A stretch of DNA of 64,000 bases from Balanoglossus misakiensis. Lineage: Eukaryota > Animalia > Hemichordata. The notes beneath the pieces are model-generated. The model worked only from the letters and a program-made list of their open reading frames with translations. It did not search any database and was not told the DNA's origin. Where the stretch lies: the NCBI GenBank assembly GCA_040954595.2, contig CM082592.2, forward strand, positions 1,116,001 to 1,180,000. Direction: 5' to 3'. The position numbers and the translations under genes are program-made. Of the stretch, positions 26,301 through 37,200 are shown piece by piece. How positions within the stretch are numbered: the stretch's first letter is position 1; each line of letters starts with the position of its first letter.

Positions 26301-29195
26301 TCAGATAATAGAGCTTGGGCCCGGACAATGCTGCTTGCAGCTTTAATTTATTCTTGTGTCAATTCTTCGGCCAACTAAATCTCAGAAACTACTGCAGGTA
26401 CACTGCTCAAACTTGCTACAGTGGTCAAGGTCAATGAGTAGATGTGCAGTGATTTGTGAATACTTAATTAGTCACGTGACCTGGCGGCCATATTGGATTT
26501 TCTGAAAAAATGCAAATCTCAGATCTCAGAAACTACAAGTCAGATCGACTTCAAATTTGGCATGCAGGTAGACTACCTTCTGCCCATCATTTTTGTAATT
26601 GGAAATTTTGCTGTCAATGTTGCAGTTTTTTTGCTACAATTTTTTTTCTGAAATCTGGCTTAAATTTCAAAAATCTTCTTCTCCAGAACCGGTGATAACC
26701 GAGACACACGGTTTAGGGTATGTGGTCACCTAACTGATGTCTATCAAGTTTGCGAAGATCATTGTGATTGGTCGAAGATTATGGCGGCCATATTGGATTT
26801 TCGAAAAACCATAGTTAAACTCCAAAAATCTTCTTCTCCAGAACGGGCGATGACTGAGTCGCAAGATTCAGGGAGTATGGTCACTACACTGATGTCTATC
26901 AAGTTTGCAAAGAGCATTGTGATTGGTCGAAGATTATGGCGGCCATATTGGATTTTGTAAAAAGCAGTGAAAAATTTAAATTCCTTTTTCTAGTCTAAAA
27001 ATTGATAGCATACAAATTCTTTTTATGGATATCAATCGTCATGTGACTAAAATATGTTACAATTTTTTGGCGATTTTTCACATGACCTTTGACCTACTTA
27101 TCACGCGTTATTATTTCTGCATATCTAATTCCAGGCTAACCTATAGGGCTAGACTTTTGGTTTTTGATGAATGTGGATTAGTGTGTGATCAAAATATTTT
27201 GCTACTTTTCAAGACCATTTTGACCTCTGCTGACCTCATTAATTATGTGCATAGCTAATTACAGGCGAACCAATAGAGCTAGAGGTTTGGTTTTTGTTGG
27301 ACATGGACCAGTATGGGATCAAAATTTTTTGCCCAAATGTTGCGTGACCTCTGGTGACCTTTGACCTACTTTCGCATATCTCAGCATCCAGAGCAGATAC
27401 AGCCATGGCATTTGGTAGGATGGGACCAAAATGTAAAGCCACATTTTCGGGTCACCTGTGACACCTGCTGACCTCATTAAATATGCACATACCTAATTAC
27501 AGGCGAACCAATAGAGCTAGAGTTTTGTTTTTTGTTGGACATGGACCAGTATGGGTCAAAAAAATTGCCCAAATGTGGGGTGACCTCAGGTGACCTTTGA
27601 CCTACTTCACCCTATTTCAGCAGCAAAAATACACACATCCTTGTTATGTCATGAGATAATACATACGATAGAAAATTCTGTTTCTTCTTATTCATACTGT
27701 GCATATACAATTCAAGATCAGCGCTTGGGCCCGACAATGCTGCTTGCAGCTTTAATTCTGTCTTTCTTTCTTTCTTTCTTTCTTTATTCTTGGTTCCATT
27801 CTTTATCGCTCTAGATCTCAAACACCGCTGCAGGTACAGTTCTCAAACTTGCTACAGTGGTCAAGGTCAATGAGTAGATGTGCAGTGACTTGTGAATATT
27901 TAATTAGTCACGTGACATGGCGGCCATCTTGGATTTTCTGAAAAAATGCAAATCTCAAATCTCAGAAACTACAAGTCAGATCGACTTCAAATTTGGCATG
28001 CTGGTAGACTACCTTCTGTCCATCATTTTTGTAATTGGAATTTATGCTGACAAAGTTGCCGTTTTTTTGCTACAATTTTTTTTCTGAAATCTGGCCTAAA
28101 TTTAAAAAATCTTCTTCTCCAGAACCGGTGATAACCGAGACACGGGGTTTGGGGTATGTGGTCACCTAACTGATGTCTATCAAGTTTGCGAAGATCATAG
28201 TGATTGGTCCAAGATTATGGCGGCCATATTGGATTTTCGAAAAACCCTAGTAAAATTTGAAAAATCTTCTACTCAAGAACCGGCGATAACCGAGTCACAA
28301 GATTTGGTGTGTGTGGTCATTAAACAGATGTCTATCAAGTTTGCGAAGATGAATGTGATTGGTCGAAGATTATGGCGGCCATATTGGATTTTGTGAAAAA
28401 CGATTAAAAAGTAAAAATTCCCTTTCTAGCCTAATAATTGATAGCACAGAAATTCTTTTTATGGATATGAATCATCATATGACAAGAATAAGCTATAAAT
28501 ATTTTGGTAATTTTGGCAATGACCTTTGACCTACTTTTGACGCATCATTTTTCTGCATATCTAATTCCAGGCTAACCAATAGGGCTATAAGTTTGGTTTT
28601 TGATGTATGTGGATTTGTATGTGATCAAAAAAGTTTGCTACTTCTCATGACCCCTTTGACCTCTGCTGACCTCATTAAATATGCACATACCTAATTAATG
28701 ATGAACCAATAGACCTTGAGGTTTTGTTTTTGTTATACATGAACCAGTATGGGGTCAAAATATTTTGCCCAAATGTTGGGTGACCTTGGGTGACCTTTGA
28801 CCTACTTTTGCATATCTCGACATCCACAGCAGATACAGCCATGGCGTTTGGAGGTATGGGGCCATAATGAAAAGCCAAAGTTTTGGGTCACCTGTGACAC
28901 CTGCTTAACTCATTATTTATGTGCATACCTAATTCCGGGCTAACCAAAAGGGCTAGAGGTCTGGTTTTTGTTGGACATGGACCATTATGGGTCAAAATTT
29001 TCTGCCCAAATTGTGGGTGACCCCTGGGAGACCTTTGACCTACTTTACACTATATCAACACCAAACATAGATATAACCTTGATATTTCATGGGATAAAAC
29101 AGAGCATTATGTTTCTACTCATTAATTATGTGCATATCTACTATCAGATCAGATAATAGAGCTTGGGCCCGGACAATGCTGCTTGCAGCTTTAAT

Positions 29196-29227
<32 letters not shown>

Positions 29228-32200
29228 TATTCTTGGTTCATTTCTTTCGCGCGCTAGATCTCAGACACCGCTGCAGGTACAGTTCTCAAACTTGCTACAG
29301 TGGTCAAGGTCAATGAGTAGATGTGCAGTGACTTGTGAATACTTAATTAGTCACGTGACATGGCGGCCATATTGGATTTTCTGAAAAAATGCAAATCTCA
29401 GATCTCAGAAACTACAAGTCAGATCGACTTCAGATTTGGTGTGCTGGTAGTATACCCTCTGCCCATCATTTTTGTAATTGGATATTTTGCTGTCAATGTT
29501 GCAGTTTTTTTGCTACAGTTGTTTTTCTGAAATCTGGTCAAAATTTCAAAAATCTTCTTCTCCAGAACCGGCAATAACCGAGTCACGCCGTTTGGGGTAT
29601 GTGGTCACCTAACTGATGTCTATCAAGTTTGCGAAGATCATTGTGATTGGTCGAAGATTATGGCGGCCATATTGGATTTTCGAAAAACCATAGTAAAACT
29701 TCAAAAATCTTCTTCTCCAGAACGGGCGATGACTGAGTCACAAGATTTGGTGTGTGTGGTCATTAAACAGATGTCTATCAAGTTTGCGAAGGGGAATGTG
29801 ATTGGTCGAAGATTATGGCGGCCATATTGGATTTTGTGAAAAACGATTAAAAAGTAAAAATTCCTTTTCTAGCCTAAACATTGATAGCACAGAAATTCTT
29901 TTAATGGATATGAATCATCATATGACAAGAATAAGCTATAAATATTTTGGTAATTTTGGCAATGACCTTTGACCTACTTTTGACAAATCATTTTTCTGCA
30001 TATCTAATTCATGGCTAACCAATGGGGCTATAAGTTTGGTATTTGATGTATATGGATTTGTATGTGATCAAAAAATTTTGCTACTTTTCATGACCCTTTG
30101 ACCTCTGGTGACCTCATTAAATATGCGCATACCTAATTAATGATGAACCAATAGACCTAGAGGTTTTGTTTTTGTTATACATGGACCAGTATGGGGTCAA
30201 AATATTTTGCCCAAATGTTGGGTGACCTCGGGTGACCTTTGACCTACTTTTGCATATCTTGACATCCACACCAGATACAGCCTTGGCGTTTGGAGGTATG
30301 GGGCCATAATGAAAAGCCAAAGTTTTGAGTCACCTGTGACACCTGCTTTACTCATTATTTATGTGCATACCTAATTCCGGGCTAACCAAAAGGGCTAGAT
30401 GTCTGGTTTTTGTTTGACATGGACCACTATGGGTCAAAATTTTCTGCCCAAATTTTGGATGACCTCAGATGACCTTTGACCTACTTTTGCATATATCGGC
30501 ATCCAAAGCAGGTACAGCCTTGGCATTTGGAGGTATGGGGCCATAATGAAAAGCCAAAGTTTTGGATCACCTGTGACACCTGCTTTATGCATTATTTATG
30601 TGCATACCTAATTCCGGGCTAACCAAAAGGGCTAGAGGTCTGGTTTTTGTTGGACATGGACCACTGTTGGTCAAAATTTTCTACCCAAATTGTGGGTGAC
30701 CTCTGGGTGACCTTTGACCTACTTAACACTATATCAACAACAAACATAGATATAACCTTGATATTTCATGGGGATAAAACACAGCATTATGTTCCAACTC
30801 ATTAATTATGTGCATATCTAATAATCAGATCAGATAATAGAGCTTGGGCCCGGACAATGCTGCTTGCAGCTTTAATTCTTTCTTTATTCTTGGTTCATTT
30901 CTTTGTCGCTCTAGATCTCAGACACCGCTGCAGGTACAGTTCTCAAACTTGCTACAGTGGTCAAGGTCAATGAGTAGATGTGCAGTGACTTGTGAATACT
31001 TAATTAGTCACGTGACATGGCGGCCATATTGGATTTTCTGAAAAAATGCAAATCTCAGATCTCAGAAACTACAAGTCAGATCGACTTCAGATTTGGCGTG
31101 CTGGTAGTGTACCTTCTGCCCATCATTTTTGTTATGGATATTTTGCTGTCAATGTTGCAGTTTTTTTGCTACAGTTGTTTTTTCTGAAATCTGGTCAAAA
31201 TTTCAAAAATCTTCTTCTCCAGAACCGGCGATAACCGAGTCATACCGTTTCGAGTATGATGTCACCTAACTGATGTCTATCAAGTTTGCGAAGATCATTG
31301 TGATTGGTCGAAGATTATGGCAGCCATATTGGATTTAAAAAAAACCCTAGTAAAATTTCAAAAATCTTCTCCTCAAGAACCGGCGATAACTGAGTCACAA
31401 GATTTGGTGTGTGTGGTCATTAAACAGATGTCTATCAAGTTTGCGAAGAGGAATGTGATTGGTCGAAGATTATGGCGGCCATATTGGATTTTGTGAAAAA
31501 CGATTAAAAAGTAAAAATTCCCTTTCTAGCCTAAAAATTGATAGCAGAAGAAATTCTTTTTATGGATATGAATCATCATATGCCAAGAATAAGCTATACA
31601 TTTTTTAGTAATTTTGGCAATGACCTTTGACCTACTTTTGACGCATCATTTTTTTGCATATCTAATTCCAGGCTAACCAATAGGGCTATAAGTTTAGTTT
31701 TTGATGTATGTGGATTTGTATGTGATCAAAAAATTTTGCTACTTTTCATGACCCCTTTGACCTCTAATGACCTCATTAAATATGCACATACCTAATTACA
31801 GATGATCCAATAGACCTAGAGGTTTTGTTTTTGTTATACATGGACCATTATGGGGTCAAAATATTTTGCCCAAATGTTGGGTGACCTCGGGTGACCTTTG
31901 ACCTACTTTTGCATATCTCGACATCCACAGCAGATACAGCCTTGGCGTTTGGAGGTATGGGGCCATACTGAAAAGCCAAAGTTTTGGGTCACCTGTGACA
32001 CCAGCTTGACTCATTATTTATGTGCATACCTAATTCTGGGTTAACCAAAAGGGCCTGGGTGACCTTTGACCTACTTTAAAACTTAACACTATATCAGCAC
32101 CAAACATAGATATAACCTTGATATTTCATGGGATAAAAGACAGCATTATGTTTCTACTTATTAATTATGTGCATATCTAATAATCAGATCAGATAAAAGA

Positions 32201-32234
32201 GCTTGGGCCCGGACAATGCTGCTTGCAGCTTTAA

Positions 32235-32592
32235 TTATTATTATTATTATTATTCCGAGAAATATGTCATTGTACATCTGGAAAACCGCAGCACCTAGGG
32301 GGCTGAAACTTGGTAGGGTGGTAGGGGCCAATGAGTAGACGTGCAGTGGCTCGTGAATATTTAATTAGTCACGTGACCTGGTGGCCATATTGGATTTCCT
32401 GAAAATCGTTAAACGAGTCCTTCTCAAAAACCACTGGGCTGATCGAGTTCAAATTTGGTGTGCAGGTAGCCTACCCTCTGTCCATCATTTTAGCCCATTG
32501 AAATAATGAAGTCACACATAAAGTTTTTTTGCTACAATTGTTTTTCTGAAAAACTACTTAAAACTTTAAAAATCTTCTTCTCCAGAACCAGC
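32235..32592 (+). mobile_element. Divergent, 3'-truncated body with an (ATT)n microsatellite terminating the left nest
   Basis: (ATT)n is followed by a diverged body start that retains TAATTAGTCACGTGACCTGG..GGCCATATTGGATTT. It stops at AAAATCTTCTTCTCCAGAACCAGC. Confidence 0.7.
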
Positions 32593-32752
32593 TACCCCTC
32601 CCTCTCCCTCTAGTTCTCTCTCCCCCTTCTCCCTCACTACCACCCTCCCTCCCTCCCTCCCTGTCCCTCTCCAGCTCTCTCTACCTCCCCTCTCCCCCTC
32701 TCACTCTCCCCTCCCAGCCTCTCCCTCCCGCTCTTTTGCACACACTCTCTCT
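32593..32752. repeat. Low-complexity C/T-rich (polypyrimidine/polypurine) tract
   Basis: CCCTCCCTCTCCCTCT...-type simple repeats. Confidence 0.85.
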
Positions 32753-32847
32753 TAGTATATATATTGGGAGGTGACTACAGCAGTGCGAGAAAAGTAAAGA
32801 CCTGATGCGAGTAAGGGAAGATTCTAGCTGATTTGAGTCAGACTTAC

Positions 32848-33063
32848 CCTCAGCACAAGCTGCTACTTCACACATTGACGGACTGACATCATCACATCTT
32901 GCATGATACAATGGGTAATTATTTTCAAAGAGGTTTAACCTCACACATTGCCCAGTGGAGGCATCAGGTTCTGTGTCTGCCCATCGACCATCAAAGACAC
33001 TACCTTTCCTGCCATCTGAATAATCATATTCCACACTGCCATCTGGATTTGGTCCACTAAATC
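32848..33063 (-). CDS. Coding exon (216 nt, phase 1/phase 1): C-terminal half of a C-type lectin-like domain, Uninflatable-like
   Basis: The acceptor is TCTTTCTTTATTTCCATTTTATAG|GA and the donor is GAG G|GTAAGT. It translates (G)FSGPNPDGSVEYDYSDGRKGSVFDGRWADTEPDASTGQCVRLNLFENNYPLYHARCDDVSPSMCEVAACAE, with the CTLD pattern W...EP...CV...C......MCE. Family assignment is from remembered similarity, not a search. Confidence 0.88.
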
Positions 33064-33099
33064 CTATAAAATGGAAATAAAGAAAGAAGATGCATACAG

Positions 33100-33295
33100 C
33101 AGTGTTTCATCCAGGATGGGGGGGGGGGGGATATGTCCCCCTTTGCATGAATAGTTGCACTCTTGCAAGGAGGGGAATGAGTGACATCGCTGAGTCTGTA
33201 AGGGGCACCATTTCCCCCTTGACAAATTTCTAGGGGGGTGCCAACATGCTGACAGTGGGCGAATTCCCTCATCCCTCCATCTGGATGAAAAACTG
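33100..33295. mobile_element. 196-bp MITE in the short intron
   Basis: Imperfect TIRs CAGTGTTTCATCCAGGATGG and CCATCTGGATGAAAAACTG. The direct repeat CATACAG lies at 33093-33099 and 33296-33302. Confidence 0.75.
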
Positions 33296-33508
33296 CATAC
33301 AGAGTCACTTAATAGCAAGATTTTGTGAGGTGATTGAGATGTAAAAAATAGGCTTTTCAATTACCATCTTGAGACAATTATCATTCAAGTGTTACTATGC
33401 AGTGCTCACTTGTAAACTTTCAAATTCCAAAACCAGTTATTTTTTACACTTGATACACCCACAAATTATTTGGGAACACTGAGAAGCGCTGTTAAAAGAC
33501 ACACTCAC

Positions 33509-33627
33509 CAATCCAACCATGGTTCGCTGTTTCATTGGAAGTCTCTTCAATCTGGTTTACAATCTCTGCTCCAGCATAAAGATTTTCAGAATAACCCTCA
33601 ATTACTGTCAAGTGCCCACCATAAAAT
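33509..33627 (-). CDS. Coding exon (119 nt, phase 2/phase 1): middle of the same C-type lectin-like domain; not in the ORF track
   Basis: The acceptor is GGTTTATTTTCAG|A and the donor is TGG ATT G|GTGAGT. It translates FYGGHLTVIEGYSENLYAGAEIVNQIEETSNETANHGWI(G). Splicing to 33063 completes the canonical CTLD WIG motif in frame. Confidence 0.88.
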
Positions 33628-34107
33628 CTGAAAATAAACCAATTTATAATACATCAAACATGTTCCAAACTAATTTCGAAATTCCAGTCCGAAAATAATA
33701 CATTTCCTCTTTGAAAACATTTAATATTGGTGAATAAGAGGTTCATAAATGTATAACATTAGATTTTTGTTTGTAAAGTCTATAATTTGTGTTACACCTT
33801 TCCAATAAGTGTGTGATTAGTGTAGATTTCGGCAGAATTTCTGGGAAAAAAGAATCTGTGAAAAATTCACCTGAATTTTGGGGAGAAAAAAATCTGCTGA
33901 ACGTTTCCTTTGAATAAAAAAGTTCAGCATTATTTTTTTAGAGAAAACATGACAATTTCCAGGAAATGGCTGTTGTGTTTTTTTTTTGTGTGTGTGAATA
34001 AACTTAAAAGACAAATTCTAATACAGTTGCATCAAGGTGATGGAAGAAAATCCCAGATTAACAGGATATTTGGAAAATTTATCCAGAATTCCAAAATTAG
34101 TTCGAAA

Positions 34108-34231
34108 TGTGACATTGTGTTATCAATGATCTGTGTTGAGCAGTCGAACGATGAACGGGTAGTTGACAATTCCCACGAGCACACCCGTATCTTTCCTCGG
34201 TAGTTGCGCCGGGCCGGTCGGCAATGTCACA
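34108..34231. mobile_element. Possible 124-bp solo-LTR or MITE-like insert
   Basis: The segment has TGTGACATTG...CAATGTCACA termini (perfect 10-bp inverted repeat, TG..CA ends) and is flanked by GAAA on both sides. It is CpG-rich relative to its flanks. Confidence 0.4.
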
Positions 34232-37200
34232 GAAAAAGTGGTACGATATGCCAGCTGAGCCGGTTCTTGAAAAGAAGATGTTTTTAAATTTTTACTAGGG
34301 TTTTTCGAAAATCCAATATGGCTGCCAAAATCTTCGACCAATCACAATGATCTTCGCAAACTTGATAGACATCAGTTAGGTGACCACATACCCTAAACCG
34401 CGTGTCTCGGTTATCACCGGTTCTGGAGAAGAAGATTTTTGAAATTTAAGCCAGATTTCAGAAAAAAAAAATTGTAGCAAAAAAACTGCAACATTGACAG
34501 CAAAATATCCAATAACAAAAATGATGGGTAGAAGGTAGTCTACCTGCATGCCAATTTTGAAGTCGATCTGACTTGTAGTTTCTGAGATCTGGGATTTGCA
34601 TTTTTTCAGAAAATCCAATATGACCGCCAGGTCAGGTGACTAATTAAGTATACACAAATCACTACACATCTACTCATTGACCTTGACCACTGTAGCAAGT
34701 TTGAGCAGTGTACCTGCAGCAGTTTCTGAGATTTAGTTGGCCGAAGAATTGACAGGAGAATAAAGAAAGAAAGAAAGAAAGAAAGATTAAAGCTGCAAGC
34801 AGCATTGTCCGGGCCCAAGCTATATTATCTGATCTGATTATTAGATATGCACATAATTAATGAGTAGAAACATAATGCTGTGTTTTATCCCATGAAATAT
34901 CAAGGTTATATTTATGTTTGGTGCTGATATGGTGTTAAGTAGGTCAAAGGTCACCCAGGGGTCACCCACAATTTGGGCAGAAAATTTTGACCCATAGTGG
35001 TCCATGTCCAACAAAAACCAGACCTCTAGCCCTTTTGGTTATCCCGGAATTAGGTATGCACATAAATAATGAGTTAAGCAGGTGTCACAGGTGACCTAAA
35101 ACTTTGGCTTTTCATTATGGCCCCATACCTCCAAACGCCAAGGCTGTATCTGCTGTGGATGTCGAGATATGCAAAAGTAGGTCAAAGGTTTCCCGAGTTC
35201 ACCCAACATTTGGGCAAAATATTTTGACCCCATACTGGTGCATGTATAACAAAAACAAAACCTCTAGGTCTATTGGTTCATCTGTAATTAGATATGTGCA
35301 TATTTAATGAGGTCAGCAGAGGTCAAAGGGGTCATGAAAAGTAGCAAAATTTTTTGATCACATACAAATCCACATACATCAAAAACCAAACTTATAGCCC
35401 TATTGGTTAGCCTGGAATAAGATATGCAGAAAAATGATGCGTCAAAAGTAGGTCAAAGGTCATTGCCAAAATTACCAAAATATTTGTAGCTTATTCTTGT
35501 CATATGATGATTCATATCCATTAAAAAAAATTCTGTGCTATCAATTTTTAGGCTAGAAAGGGAATTTTTACTTTTTAATCGTTTTTCACAAAATCCAATA
35601 TGGCCGCCATAATCTTCGACCAATCACATTCTTCTTAGCAAACTTGATAGACATCTGTTTAATGACCACACACACCAAATCTTGTGACTCGGTTATCGCC
35701 GGTTCTTGAGAAGAAGATTTTTGAAATTTTACTAGGGTTTTTCGAAAATCTAATATGGCCGCCAAAATCTTCGACCAATGACAATGATCTTCGCAAACTT
35801 GATAGACATCAGTTAGGTGACCACATACACCAAGCCCTGTGTCTCGGTTATCACTGGTTCTGGAGAAGAAGATTTTTGAAATTTAAGCCAGATTTCAGAA
35901 AAACAATTGTAGCAAAAAACTGCAACTTTGTCAGCATAATTTCCAATTACAAAAATGATGGGCAGAAGGTAGTCTACTAGCATGCCAAATTTGAAGTAGA
36001 TCTGACTTGTAGTTTCTGAGATCTGAGATTTGCATTTTTTCAGAAAATCCAAGATGGCCGCCAGGTCACGTGACTAATTAAAAATTCAAGGGTTCAATGC
36101 ACGACTACTCATTGACCTTGACCACTGTAGCAAGTTTCAAAAGTGTACCTGCAGCGGTGTCTGAGATCTCGTGGGTCAAAGAATTGACACAAGAATAAAG
36201 AATGAAAGAAAGAAAGATTAAAGCTACAAGCAGCATTGTCCGGGCCCAAGCTGTATTATCTGATCAGATTATTAGCTATGCACATAATTAATGAGTAGAA
36301 ACATAATGCTGTGTTTTATCCCATGAAATATCAAGGTTATATCTATGTTTGGTGTTGATATAGTGTTAAGTAGGTCAAAGGTCACCCAGAGATCACCCAC
36401 AATTTGGGCAGAAAATTTTGACCCATAGTGGTCCATGTCCAACAAAAACCAGACCTCTATCCCTTTTGGTTAGCCCGGAATTAGGTATGCACATAAATAA
36501 TGAGTTAAGCAGGTGTCACAGGTGACCCAAAACTTTGGCTTTTCATTATGGCCCCATACCTCCAAACGCCAAGGCTGTGTCTGCTGTGGATGTCGAGATA
36601 TGCAAAAGTAGGTCAAAGGTCATTCGAGGTCACCCAACATTTGGGCAAAAAAATTTGACCCAATACTGGTTCATGTCCAACAAAAACCAAACCTCTAGGT
36701 CTATTGGTTCATCTGTAATTAGGTTTGCGCATATTTAATGAGGTCAGCAGAGGTCAAAGGGGTCATGAAAAGTAGCGAAATTTTTTGATCGCATACAAAT
36801 CCACATACATCAAAAACCAAACTTATAGCCCTATTGGTTAGCCTGGAATTAGATATGCAGAAAAATGATGCGTCAAAAGTAGGTCAATGGTCATTGCCAA
36901 AATTACCAAAATATTTATAGCTTATTCTTGGCATATGATGATTCATATCCATAAAAAGAATTTCTGTGCTATCAATTTTTAGGCTAGAAAGGGAATTTTT
37001 ACTTTTTAATCGTTTTTCACAAAATCCAATATGGCCGCCATAATCTTCGACCAATCACATTCACCTTCGCAAACTTGATAGACATCTGTTTAATGACCAC
37101 ACACACCAAATCTTGCGACTCAGTTATCGCTCGTTCTGGAGAAGAAGATTTTTGAAGTTTTACTATGGTTTTTCGAAAATCCAATATGGCCGCCATAATC

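Larger units (their letters stand above)
3087..32592 (+). mobile_element. Left nest of co-oriented non-autonomous Helentron-like (HINE/DINE-like) elements: 17 heads, 19 complete bodies and one terminal partial body
   Basis: The 3' terminus GCTTGGGCCC-N6-7-GCTGCTTGCAGC-T(T/A)TA ends near 5057, 6485, 7921, 9343, 10891, 12003, 13434, 14862, 17405, 18826, 20264, 22070, 23488, 24916, 26345, 27754, 29194, 30874 and 32234. Modal spacing is ~1.43 kb. Junctions lie in T-rich microsatellite with no obvious TSD. There is no Rep/helicase ORF. Confidence 0.85.

Noticed and set aside
3087-32592. Simple rolling-circle head-to-tail concatemer or homogeneous satellite
   Set aside because: Adjacent units belong to different subfamilies, most lack a head, and junction microsatellites differ. 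A concatemer would repeat complete, identical units.
32681-32847. C-terminal part of ORF 32681..33034 as protein
   Set aside because: It is read-through past the GTAAGT donor at 32847 into intron and low-complexity sequence. The ORF's start is likewise inside the exon.
33628-34258. Upstream CTLD exon or the ORFs 33817..34014, 33910..34203 and 34123..34341
   Set aside because: I found no frame with the expected C..GW..CY..W..A..C pattern and a phase-2 donor. The ORFs are low-complexity or partly repeat-derived.
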